The translations under genes and the position numbers were made by a program. A stretch of DNA of 63,094 nt, counting the filler, from Pelomyxa schiedti (Eukaryota > Protista > Evosea): the NCBI GenBank assembly GCA_020536535.1. It is 15 parts of 15 records of this genome, joined end to end, with 100 filler letters (N's around TTAATTAATTAA, not from the genome) between each part and the next. Parts side by side here need not be neighbours in the genome. Positions count along the whole stretch, not along the records: positions 1 to 1,669 come from JAHLWZ010002349.1; positions 1,770 to 5,098 come from JAHLWZ010001764.1; positions 5,199 to 11,839 come from JAHLWZ010001404.1; 12 more parts are not named here. One strand, given 5' to 3'. The notes under the pieces are model-generated. The model made no database searches and was not told where the DNA came from. It worked only from the letters and a program-made list of their open reading frames with translations. Positions 1 to 11,200 of this stretch are shown in pieces (the stretch's first letter is position 1; each line of letters opens with the position of its first letter).

Positions 1-322
1 CGCTAACACCAGTGCGATGTTTTTTTTTTGATTGAAACAGGTGTTGTGTTCGGTTGAGTGCACTTGATTTTGGTTGTAGGGCGTGTGGCTCCGTACGTTG
101 TGGTTGTTCACTCTTCAGCAGCACCGGTGCGGCTTTGATGTCGTAGGGGAATGATCGACAAACTCGTGTTCAGAGAACATGACGAAACCCACAATTGTCA
201 AATCGAGAGCGAAATCTTCTCACAAAACCAATCACCGGAGTACATTTTTGGGGACTTGGGATAAGTTGGGTTCCCCGATAGAGATAGAGGCAAAGAGATA
301 TCAAAATACTTGCGCGAACCTC

Positions 323-497
323 TCCTTGTTGTCACCAAGCATTGTTGTCGTCGCTCGGTCCGCTGAAGCACCGCCAAACTAACCCAAATAAGTGGGCCGG
401 CTCCAAACAACGTTGAGAAAACAAGTGAGGGATTGGGAATCACTGCTGGTGCTTCAGCAGACCGAGCGACGACAACAATGCTTGGTGACAACAAGGA
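323..497. repeat. Inverted repeat, 50-bp arms (323-372, 448-497), 75-bp spacer
   Basis: tccttgttgtcaccaagcattgttgtcgtcgctcggtc(c/t)gctgaagcacc occurs on both strands with 1 mismatch; both ORF translations contain LSLLSPSIVVVARSAEAP. Confidence 0.9.
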
Positions 498-598
498 TAA
501 GAACTCTTTGCCGGAAGCTGATTGTCTTTTTGTGCCGAATGGACTGAGACCCAAAAATGGGCCCCATCTGTGTTTGAGAGATCTGTCTTCTGTTTCCC

Positions 599-1298
599 TC
601 AGCGAGGAGTGTTTTGTATGTTAGTTCTTTCAGTGTGGAAGGACAACATAATATTGAGAAGAATTGGAGTACTCCCAGCATCAACAATTCGTGCCCTTCG
701 CTTAAAAACACAAAAAGACAAACCAGCAACACAAGCAACAGCTAACGCACCATATGACTCGTGTGCAACCTTCTTCAGAATGGGAACGGCCCTATGGACG
801 TCGCGTTTCATGTCATAAGCACCAGTCAAAAGACCCCATCCAACTGCAACCTGAGAATCTCTGTGCCCCATTTTATACGCCCTTTGAAGGAGTGACACAG
901 CACGAGGCATGTCAATGGGAACACCATCTCCAGTGCTGTAGAGGTTGCTGAGTTCAAACATTGCTTGATCATCTCCAGCATCAGCGGCATTATTCAGGAG
1001 TGAAATTGCTTTGTCAATATCCACAGAAACTCCTTGGCCATCCTGGTAGTATTGGGCAAGTTTACGCATTGCCGGCTGAAGCTCTCTCCAGAAGCGAAAT
1101 GTTCTGGGTCAAATGTAATGCCTTCGCCTTGCATGAAGTGGTTGCTGAGCTCGATAACCACCTTCCACAGACCTCTGGAAAAGCTCGATTGCCTTTTTGA
1201 CATCTTTCTGATCTTCGTCCACCACCATGGAGAAAAAAATGCCAGTGTACATCGTCTGGAATTGACTCGCTTTTGTACATCACTGTGAGTGACGACAT
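599..1298 (-). pseudogene. Sel1-like repeat (SLR) protein, frameshifted
   Basis: Intact repeats LAQYYQDGQGVSVDIDKAISLL and LSNLYSTGDGVPIDMPRAVSLL. Upstream repeats are scattered over three frames: KDVKKAIELFQRSVEGG / ELSNHFMQGEGITFDPE / ISLLERASAG. Confidence 0.7.
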
Positions 1299-1669
1299 TC
1301 AGTAAAACAATTGCACGAAAAAAGGGAAAAGGTGTGCACACCGGAAACTTTCCGCTTTGCGTTGCCCTCACCCCAGTATTTTTTTTTTTTTAACTTTTTA
1401 TCTGATGCCAATATATGTCCAACTGTAATACCGAATCCTACAAGAGCTAAATATTACGACCGGGCCTTTGGTCACGTCTCTGGGCCTGAAGCGCACCCGC
1501 GACCTCTTGTCCATCTCCACTGACTGCCCTGCTGCATTCTACAACAAATCCTAATAACCAATGCACACAAATATTTTGGGAAAAAAAAGCAGTTGTTTAA
1601 CTGTGGGGCATAGGACAAGAAGTACTGTTGAAAGTTGTTATTTACAGTTCTAGTAAAAACAAGACTTGT

Positions 1670-1769
1670 NNNNNNNNNNNNNNNNNNNNNNNNNNNNNNN
1701 NNNNNNNNNNNNNTTAATTAATTAANNNNNNNNNNNNNNNNNNNNNNNNNNNNNNNNNNNNNNNNNNNN
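1670..1769. other. Artificial contig linker (N44-TTAATTAATTAA-N44); also at 5099, 11840, 13344, 20132, 26207, 29915, 33648, 38779, 41797, 50571, 51764, 57913 and 60752 (100 bp each)
   Basis: Identical six-frame-stop spacer flanked by N runs; genes are cut off at these points. Confidence 0.98.
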
Positions 1770-1987
1770 GATTCGATCACCTCTTATTCTTTGAATTCGA
1801 TGTGCACCGATCTAATCGAATCTGTTGTGATTAGCAACAAAACCTAAACTTTAGAAACGCGATGGTCTGGTGTTTTTTTTATTTACCCACTTGTTTATTG
1901 ACCCAAGTACTTGTTTATCTGGGTTTTACTAAACAAGCACCATCAAGTAACTTGAATAACAACCCTGGTTTCCTCCACGCAGAAGGA

Positions 1988-3622
1988 ATGCACCCCGAAA
2001 CGATCGCGATTATTGTATTTGACAGCACAGCGCTTATTCTTCTTTGCACGTTTCTGTTTGTGTTTATCCACTGGTTGCTCTGTCACCGCCAGGGGACGTA
2101 CAAACCCCTGTTCTCCGTTGATCGCTACACCGATACAGCAACCCAAACCACTGATGTCCGTTGCCCATACGACAGCTGGAAATGCACACAGCGCGCGGAG
2201 TGGGACGAGATGGCAGCGGCGGAGCCGAGCCTCCTCGAGTGCAACATCAACGACAAGTGCCAGGTCGTGGGCACAATGGACCTGCCACTGAATATATTCC
2301 CTCAGCCCGCCAGCGAGGACGCACTGGCACAGCAGCCTGTTCGTGTGGATCTCGTGAGGAACACTCGCACTGGGATCGTGACCCCGCTGATCTGGGGCGA
2401 CGTTATGGTTCCCTGGATGATGCTGTGTGACGCTGGTGTATGCGCCAATCCGGTGGGATACAAGTACGGCGGGTCAGCTTCGATGGGTGGCCTGTGGCAA
2501 GACGGCAAGTTGTACTACTGCCTCAGTTGGAAATATCTATCACAGGAACAGCTTGAGGAACTCAAGGAAATACTACTATGCCAAAAAAAAACTGAAAAAA
2601 ACCCTAAAACCAAGATAGCACGTAACATTGACATTGATCTTTTCTTAAAGGAGGGCCTGCTTGACAAAGAACTAACAAATACTGTCAAGGAAGGTATCAA
2701 GTTAATCACCCAAAGTCAGAACTCTGTACAATTTGTTGAACAAACAAATGGCACATACCCACCCGAACATTGTGTTGTGTTTCTCAAAGATGATATGAAC
2801 TGCAGCTGCGTGGGTCAGATTGGTTTTCCTGTGCAACCTATACGATTAACAAAAAATGCCTCACCTGGAAATGTGGCTCACGAGATTCTCCATGCCTTGG
2901 GTTTTCATCACACCCATTCCCGATTTGATCGAGACAAGTACGTTCACATCCACAAAGAGAACATTAACGAAGGCTACGAGTGGCATTTTGAGAAAGCACC
3001 AGCCAAGGAATTTGACATTCAAGAGTATGACTACAGCTCTATAATGCATTACCCAGCAGTGGCATTCCCAAAGGAGCCTGAATTGGTCACAATTGAAGTG
3101 ATTGGGCACAAGGGAATTCACATTGGTCAGAGAGAGGCCCTTAGTGCAGGAGACATTGCTTCATTGTCCACGCGATACCCAGGCCAAATACACTGCACAT
3201 ACAAATCCATGGCACCCCATCAGCAGGCATGGTTTAGATGCCAAACGTGCTGGGGACCCGGGGATTATGGTTGTTGCATGGCATGTGCACTCTCTTGCCA
3301 CAAAGGCCACTACACAATCGATGTTGGCCCAGCAAATGCTTTTTGCCACTGTGGTGCTCTTCACCACCGCTATAAGTGCACAAGGTTTGCTGATGGTGAA
3401 ACCGTTGTTAAGCAGCTCGTCTGGAGGAGAAGGTCTGGTGACGGGCTTCTATGTTACCACTGTGCCAAGATTTGCCCCAACTCGGGTGTGATGCCATTTT
3501 CCATGGGCCCGACCTTTCACTGCAGCTGCAACTGTTCAGGAAACGACGCAGACAACCCATCAACTCAATCCATCACCAGTGTAGAATCACCCATTTTAGC
3601 AGATGAACCTCATTTTTACTAA
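1988..3622 (+). CDS. Membrane-anchored astacin (M12A) metalloprotease with C-terminal UBR-box-like zinc fingers
   Basis: HEILHALGFHHTHSRFDRD zinc motif and SIMHY Met-turn; N-terminal hydrophobic helix; C-terminal CTY...FRCQTC...CCMACALSCHKGH...FCHCG. The ORF opens at 1862; likely ATG is 1988; no intron needed. Confidence 0.85.
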   Translation: MHPETIAIIVFDSTALILLCTFLFVFIHWLLCHRQGTYKPLFSVDRYTDTATQTTDVRCPYDSWKCTQRAEWDEMAAAEPSLLECNINDKCQVVGTMDLPLNIFPQPASEDALAQQPVRVDLVRNTRTGIVTPLIWGDVMVPWMMLCDAGVCANPVGYKYGGSASMGGLWQDGKLYYCLSWKYLSQEQLEELKEILLCQKKTEKNPKTKIARNIDIDLFLKEGLLDKELTNTVKEGIKLITQSQNSVQFVEQTNGTYPPEHCVVFLKDDMNCSCVGQIGFPVQPIRLTKNASPGNVAHEILHALGFHHTHSRFDRDKYVHIHKENINEGYEWHFEKAPAKEFDIQEYDYSSIMHYPAVAFPKEPELVTIEVIGHKGIHIGQREALSAGDIASLSTRYPGQIHCTYKSMAPHQQAWFRCQTCWGPGDYGCCMACALSCHKGHYTIDVGPANAFCHCGALHHRYKCTRFADGETVVKQLVWRRRSGDGLLCYHCAKICPNSGVMPFSMGPTFHCSCNCSGNDADNPSTQSITSVESPILADEPHFY

Positions 3623-3624
3623 TA

Positions 3625-3853
3625 TCTCTTTGAGTTGGATAGCACAATTTTACCGTTAGGAAAAAGTTGATTTTTTTCGTGAACAGCAGGGTTCTTGGCC
3701 CCCCAGCAGGGCCCCTTGGGCAATGCTCGACAACACCCAGCAACACAACCACACACCCATGGGTAAGCAGGGCTTGGTGGTGAGATATCGAAAAAAAAAT
3801 TAAAATTCTCAGTCTTTGTTTACGGTAAAATTGTGCTCTCCAATTCAAAGAGA
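3625..3853. mobile_element. MITE, ~229 bp, ~32-bp TIRs, TA flanks; a related TIR begins again at 3856
   Basis: TA|tctctttgagttggatagcacaattttaccgt ... acggtaaaattgtgctctccaattcaaagaga|TA|tctctttgtgttggagagcacaat; TIRs differ at 2 positions. Confidence 0.7.
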
Positions 3854-4072
3854 TATCTCTTTGTGTTGGAGAGCACAATCCGCTCGTTTCTGATGATTAG
3901 AGTAGAGTTTGTGCCACCAGAAGGCCTTTGGGGTTTTACAGGCCCAATTGGGGGTTCAAACTCCTTGCCGTCCAGCACTTAGATGAGGCTGTTGACAAAT
4001 GGACATGTGAATTCTGTTGGTGCTCCTGTTGACTCCCAGAACACATACCTGTCTGAGCTGTGGGCGGTGTCC

Positions 4073-5098
4073 CGGGGAGTGACGAACACGTTTGTAGCGA
4101 GATAAGGAGGGAACAAGGTATTTATTTATTTTTATCGATCTGTTGGCCAATCTTTCTTCTTTTCTTTTTCTAAACACAACTTGCCTGGCCAGATGCCCAC
4201 CCTCCCAAAAAGGGTTCCCTTCGGTGCCACAAAAGTTTTCGTCGAATGTTGGTTACTCTCCCTCGCCAGCTCTCTCTGCTGCTTAACTTGATCTGTCAGG
4301 CCAATAGTGCGCTAAGCACTGACCCTCCAGAGATTGGAGGTTATCAGAAATCTGCTCTTTTTTTTTTTCCTTTTGAAAAACCGCTTACAGTGCCCTGGAT
4401 GCCATCAACAAAGTGGTGACTGAAAGTTGTGTTGTTGATTGATTTAATATTCGGGGGAAGTCAGGCAGCCCAGCCAAGTGTTCTCATACCCAAAGGGGTT
4501 GATGTAGTATCTGTCATTCTCTTGAGCACAATAAGACACAATGTCCTGAAAACCAAGTGCAACCACAATGCACTCAAACTTCATCTCAGCTTTTTCAACC
4601 ACCCCCTCAAACTGCAGGGCTCCTTAGAGCAACCCAAGCACCACCTCCTCTCATCCATATTCTGAACAAAGAAAAACTTGTCACTTACTTTGCCATCTTC
4701 TTTGCAAGGTTACCAAAACTATTTACTTTTGATTAACTTTTACACACAGGCTTAGTGAAAGTTGAGAACTGTGCAGATTACACCAAAGATACCAATGGTT
4801 GTAACCAGATAACATACAAACCACCCCCAGAGATCATCATCAATGGCAAGATATATTGTTGCTGGTACCCAGAGTTTTTCAGCAAGAGTTTTGTGTTTGT
4901 CTAGCACTTGCTCCTCCTCAAATTTTTCGAAGGTGGGGGGGGGGGGTCTAGAAGTGCGCTCCCCATTGGATATGCTCTGTGAAAGTGATGACTTCCCGAA
5001 AAAGGGAATCACAGAGTCGGCCCTGAGCACCCTCAGAAGTCGGACAACTTCTGGGAATTCAATGGCACATGATGCTGTGCTGTGCGTCCACTGAATAC
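4073..5098 (+). mobile_element. Internally deleted hAT-family derivative, truncated at contig end
   Basis: ~4977-5098 is the reverse-complement homologue of ~56077-56200 (hAT 3' region). Its left end cggggagtgacg...gataaggagggaacaaggtatttattt resembles the hAT terminus at 55937. MARYIVAGTQSFS resembles the hAT post-BED helix. Confidence 0.6.
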
Positions 5099-5198
5099 NN
5101 NNNNNNNNNNNNNNNNNNNNNNNNNNNNNNNNNNNNNNNNNNTTAATTAATTAANNNNNNNNNNNNNNNNNNNNNNNNNNNNNNNNNNNNNNNNNNNN

Positions 5199-5408
5199 AT
5201 GTGTAATGAATGAACACACCTCCCTTGTTCGTTTTTCCTCTGCCTCCAGGAGCACCGTGTTGTTTCGTTTCAGTGTTTCAATTTCCTGTGAAAAAACCTT
5301 GGTTGAGTGTTTTCTAGTCCTGAGGATGGGTTTGACCTTTTGCAGGGCCTCCAAATCGGACTTGCTCATCGTCGAAGAGCTGTTGCTGCCACATTCAGCT
5401 CCCTTCAT
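5199..5408 (-). CDS. 5' end of an unknown coiled-coil protein (truncated)
   Basis: MKGAECG...EIETLKRNNTVLLEAEEKRTRE followed by a GT donor at the contig edge. Confidence 0.35.
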
Positions 5409-5636
5409 GTCCGTTGAACCAAGTTCGTTGTTTGTTAGTTTTAGTGTTATGATGAGAAAGAAAACCGGCCTTCCGCAAAAACTTGGCAAATTTGCTGGGA
5501 CTTAGTTGTAGTTGGCAACCCTCCTCCGTGATACAAACCAACTTTTTCTCAGTCTTTCCTCGGGAAAAGTTGGTTTTAGCTGCGGTGGAGTGTTGGGTAG
5601 TGGTACAACTCCCCTGTTTGATTTTACAAGACCTTT

Positions 5637-8115
5637 TTAAAATTTGAAATTGACAAGAACACAGATGAGGAGGCCAAACAGCAACCCAGTGGCACAACAA
5701 TGCAGAGAAGTTGAGGAGGACACTGACACGAGATAATACGATGAGGAGTCCGTCGGGCTGAGGCTGGAACCGCCAACAGGATTGGACTCTGATTGTGAGG
5801 CTGATGAAGAACCTGCAGTCGATTCCACTGACGATTGGTGTGGTGTGACAGAGCTGGATGATGAGGAGGATGATGATGTGATTCGATTGGGACAGTCTGA
5901 TGGGCCCCTGGTGTTGTTGCATCCACACATCACACAGCCATTGCAAGTGAAACAGTTCCGTTCCAAATGACTGTGAAATGAAAACTGGGTGAGGTTGATA
6001 AAAAAAATGAAAGAGAGGGAAAACCAGTGTGAAAATTTCCCTTCTGAAAGTACCAATGGGAGAGTGCCATTCAAGAAGTTATAGCTCAGGTCACTGTAAT
6101 CTGTTAGTGTAATTGTTTTTAATTTTTCAAAAAGGGGATACACACAAGTCCGGAATTGAGCTGTTGTAACTTTCAATGGAACCGCCGAGTAGATTGTGAC
6201 TCATATTTCTAAGTAAAGGTTAATAAGTCGCCGAACTGAAAAAACACATCTACAAGGAATTAAGTTTTGGTGCGGAAAGCCAGAAAGCCAGCGGTATTGT
6301 GCCGGAAATCATATTTGAAGACAAGTCCCTATGTGTGCACATTGACAGTGAGATAATAAAATGACGGGCTACAATTGAAAGTCAACAACATACAATACGG
6401 TAATTTTCAGCTGTTTGGCAGAAATGGGCAGAGTCCCAGTGATGAAGTTATTTTGCAACAACCTTCAGGTCGATTTACTTTATTATATTGAAATCTGTAT
6501 TGCATAATCAAAATAGCTTTACTGTAACATTTATAGATTAAAAGAGAGGGAGTACAATTTCTTCACTGTTGTTGCAAACAGAGTGGCCGGGAGGTGTCCA
6601 GAGAGTTGATTGGAGGAAATTTGTCTATATTTGAACCATAAATGAAGTAAGTAATAAAAGGCAAACACCCACATGGAACCAAGGCTTGTGGAAATTGAAC
6701 AGTTTGGGAGAGTGCCAGATAAAGAGTTCTCATCCAACGTTCTGACGTTATGGTTACAAATAAGTGTCACAGGAAAAGGTACATAGAAGACAGTCTGTTT
6801 AAAGAGAGTAATTCTGGTGGAAGGCTGCCTGTGAAAGCATTTCGTGATAGATACCTTTTTTTGTTTGTGTGTTGTTGGTAAAAACCAAAACAGGCTTACA
6901 TTGGTACAAGGTTTGCAAATTAGACATCATAAAAATTGAGCTTGGAATAGAGCCACTGAATTGATTTCCACTGAGGTTCCTGCATGAGGTGTTAGAGCAG
7001 ACTTTACATTCCAGGGTAATGACTACAAGTACGTGAGGCTCAAATTCAAAAAGACATCCAAAGTTCCAGTGAAATTATTATCTGCCATGCTCAGAATCTA
7101 AAAGGCAAAAATAAGTTGAAAGGGAGGTTGTTTCAAAAAAAAAAAGGAGGTGACTGACAACCTGAAGGGAAATAGGAAGAATAGGTACTGTCCCACTCAA
7201 ATGATTCCTATCCACCCTTCTGATTTCAGTGAAGTAATTAATTATTAACATAAGCCAAATCGTAAATACATATGAAATATGTTGGGGAGCTCAGCAATCC
7301 AAGTTGGCAGTGTTCCTGTCAACAAATTTGAATCCAGGGTCCTTTTTGGTGTGGGTACTTAGGTTTTATGAAGGAAATTCATGAGCTACATTATAAGTAG
7401 AGATGTCAGGTTACGGAGGCAAGGAATTTCTCCAGTTAGACTGTTGTTCCACAAATGTCTGTTGTGAAGTCATCGAACGGAATAGAATGCAAAGGGGTTG
7501 GGGGACACACAGAGTTCGTAATTCAAGCAGTTGTGACACAGTTTCCGGTATTGCTCCAACTATCCCATTACGGGATAAGTCCCTGAGAAGTTTGAGTGAG
7601 TCAAAGCAAATGAATGTCTCACATTTACAGGGTTCCAAGTTTCGAAAAGTTCCCAATGGTTTGCGGTATTGTTCCTTGCTTGCTTGCGTAGTGAGCCAAG
7701 CTTCTAAAAGTGTAATTTCTGAGATCTCAAAAAAGGAGGAAAGCAACAGGGTGAGCAAGTACATGTAAGTGATGTGTCCATCGAAACAGCGCAATCCCGA
7801 AAACTCAGTTTCATTGCAGGGAGGCTCCTCAGTGTATTCCTCGCATGGGTCATTCCAAAACTCCGGCTTCAATTCGTTGTACAGATCGCACACGGCCTGG
7901 GCCTCAGCCCTCAACAATTCCCTCTCCGCCTCACTCACACTACTACTGCTGCTTGACGCTGTTGGCGATGACGGTGACCCCACACTCCACTCCGAGGAGC
8001 TTTCGCTGCTGCTTGTACTTTTAGAAGACGACCCCGTATCACTGTTGATGAACGGCAGAAGGAATGCAAAAACAACCGTGAAGGCAGTGCCAACGACGAT
8101 ACGCCCCGTCGTCAT
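5637..8115 (-). CDS. Secreted plant-type LRR protein, ~14 LRRs, Ser-rich stalks, probable GPI signal
   Basis: Signal peptide and LRRNT-like cap (W..DPC...GLRC.DGHIT). Exons such as DLSRNGIVGAIPETVSQLLELRTL, NLSGNQFSGSIPSSIFMMSNLQTL and DLSYNFLNGTLP are separated by short GT-AG introns. Hydrophobic C-terminus GLLFGLLICVLVNFKF*. Confidence 0.85.
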
Positions 8116-8278
8116 CCCACACTCAGTATCCCTCGTTGTTTTTGTTGTGACAACTCTTGGGGTGTCCCAACGCCCCCGCGTCGCTCATGTCTTTATTGGG
8201 AAAGTTTCGTCCCCTCGGTAGTAGTGGTTCGAAGTCCCGCACGATAGATAATTCACAAGATCAGGTTTGTTGTTGTTG

Positions 8279-11200
8279 TTAGTGGAGGGCAGAGATGGCA
8301 TCTCGAGCACTCATCCTGGAGGCCTTGTCGGGGTGCATCATGGCAACAAGGACACCAACTAGAAGCCTGTGTGCGTCACGCTGTGACTTGATGGCGGTGG
8401 TGGCTGGGAACGACGTGACGAGTGCCTCCGTGGTGAATCGTGACATGTCGTGGTTGAGGCTGCTGCCAATGAAGGCCCTGCGCCTTGGCAGGAGTAGATT
8501 GTAGAACGTGAGTGCGAGTGCAAACGAGTCGCACTTGGAGTATGAGAACATGGTGCTGCCACCCCTCATGAGATTATGCGCGAGTGCGCTGAGTTCGGGT
8601 GGCATCGTGCCCACGTTGCCCCACGGTAGTGTGGCGTGTGATATCATGCAGTCCAGATTGGTGTTGAGGCACTGCTGAGCTTCCCCAAACCCGATCATTG
8701 TGACTTTGCTGGTTTCCGGGTCGACCAAAATGCTGCTTTCCTTGATGTCTCTGTGTTGTGATATCAGTGTTTTGTGAATTGAAAGAAGATAGCACCTGTG
8801 CACAACGGAATTGGATTCGATGTGATGGACTGCCTTGAGTGCTTGCTTGAAAACATTCAATGTCACATCAACATTAGTCGCCTGTGCACTTCGGTGAGAA
8901 AAGTGAAGACCGGAGGTGGTTGCACACACAGGATCCAGGGTGGATAAAAATTTGGGCAGTGTGATGCCACAAAGAGGCAACAGAATCGCCACTGACTTGT
9001 TTACAGCAAGGTCTCGGAAGAAGGACTGCTCTTTTGGAATGGCGTCAACAAATTCATCTGGGAACCTTATTGGGTGTAGTTGAGCAGGATTCATCATGAA
9101 TAAAGGAAGAAACCTCGGGATGATGATCGCACCCAACGGGTGAATCACATTCGGGTGATGCGGGATAGCAGACAGATTCATACACTCCACCATGTACTTC
9201 CGCCTCAGGATCGTATCCCTTGGTGTGTTTTCCCAGTTGAACATAACTTTCATGACCATCTTCTTGGACAAGGATGCTGCCGGTCCGGAAGAGGACAGTT
9301 CCGGTGTTGTTCCCTTGTAGAGCACCTGGAAGGCAATGCAAGAAGATCCTGATCCAAGGAGTTTATCAAAGGAGAAGTCTGAAACATCGGCCGAAATAAG
9401 TGTCGACATGGTGCTTAGCTCTTCCTGTGGTGGCATAGGAACTTAAGTCAGGGATAAGGACTCTTGAGCGATTCACCTTGAATCTTCTTGTATCTTCATC
9501 CAAATGTGCCTGCATGATGTTTTTGTTAATTAATGGAATAAAAGGTCAAAAAAAAAAAAACAGACCTGCAGTATTCTCATTTGTTCTTCACGATTGTTCA
9601 GAGAGGCCTGCATGACTTCTTTATCATGTTGCAGTTGTTGAATAAGCCCTTCCTGCTGTCTATTTGTGGTTGACACCGCAATAACACTGTCACTTGTGTT
9701 GAGAGGGAGGGAAGATTCTGTGGTGGTGGGGAGCGCTGAGATAGCCTGATCAGCACCCATCCTCTTGCTCTTTTCTGCGTTCATCATCCCAACAATCGCT
9801 TCCAGAAGCCGTCGCTGTTTTTCTGAACTGGCCGGAATCGGGAACCCTGATACGAGAGCCTGTGTCGTGAACTGCCACATGTTTCCATTCATCCGGCTTC
9901 CAATAAACTTGTGTTCAGGTGGCAGTAACGCATCATAAAACGTGAGCGCGAGTGCAAACGAGTCACACTTTGAGTAGGAGAATATGGCTGCCCTGTTGGT
10001 CTTGACGAGGTTCCGGAGAAGGGTGCTGAGCTCCGGTGGCATTGTGCCGGCATTGCCCCATGGTTGAGTGGTTGGTGAGACCATTGAGTCCAGGTTGGTG
10101 TTGAGGCACCGCTGTGCCTCACCAAAGTCGATGAGAGTGAGCTTTCTGGTTTCTGGGTCAACCAAGATGTTGTCTTCCTTTATGTCTCTGTGTTGTTTTA
10201 TTGAGGGGAAGCATCCAGAAGGATGGGAGTTTATCGCGCACTTGTGGACAATCGAATTGGATTCAATGTGGTGGACTGCCTTGAGTGCTTGTCTGAAAGT
10301 ATCCACAGCCACTTCATCAATGTTTCCCTGAAAAAAACTGGAGGGATGAGAACCGCGAAGAATAGAATTGGATTGAGTACGTACAAATGAAGACAAAAAC
10401 CGTGACAAGGGTATCCCACAAAAAGGCATGAGAAATGCAAGTGACCTGTTGACTGAGATTTCCCGGAAGAATGTTCTATCTTTTGGGAGGGATTCCATGA
10501 ACTCATCTGGCAACCTTTTTTTTTTTTTTTTTTTTGACAAGTGTTGAGAACGACGCTCGGGAAGTCAAGGAAGAAAACCTCGGGATGACGATGGCACCCA
10601 ACGGGTGAATCACATTCGGGTGATGCGGGAACGAAGCCAGAGTCACACACTCAGCCATGTACTTCTGCCTCAGGATCGTCTGCCTTTCTGTGCTCTCCCA
10701 GTTGAATAAAACTTTCATCACCATCGTTGTTCCCTCTGTCATGGTTGATGCTTGAAGACCTGTTCCTCCTGGAGGTCCAGAAGTTGTGTTCCTGTGGAAG
10801 TGCACTGTGAAGGCAGCAGCACTTGCACCTGTTCCCAGGAGCCGACCCAATGTGAAGTCAGTGATATCTGCTGAAATCAGTGATGTCATTGACTCAACCA
10901 TGTGCTGTTTGTTGGAGGCAATGATATGTGGCATTATCAGAATCACAATAACATGTGGTACAAATTGACACAGAAGAACCTGGTATCCCGCCACGTCTGC
11001 ATTGTATTTATTCTGCATTGCTCTCTTCTCATCTTGAAGCTGTTGTATCATCCTTTTTGCCTGCCCTCTTTATCATGAGGATCCAGAACAAACACACAAC
11101 AAACGAATTATATTATTATCCATCCACAAACGTACATCCTCTGTGCGATGGGTCTCTTCCTCCACCTCTGAAACCAAGAACGCGATTTGTTGTTTCAGCT

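Noticed and set aside
323-497. 50-bp inverted repeat as a functional hairpin or element
   Set aside because: Near-identical arms with a short spacer on a small contig are typical of whole-genome-amplification chimeras; no TSD; cannot be distinguished without reads.
1714-1725. Regularly recurring TTAATTAATTAA flanked by Ns as a biological repeat or CRISPR-like array
   Set aside because: Artificial concatenation linker; adjacency across linkers has no biological meaning.
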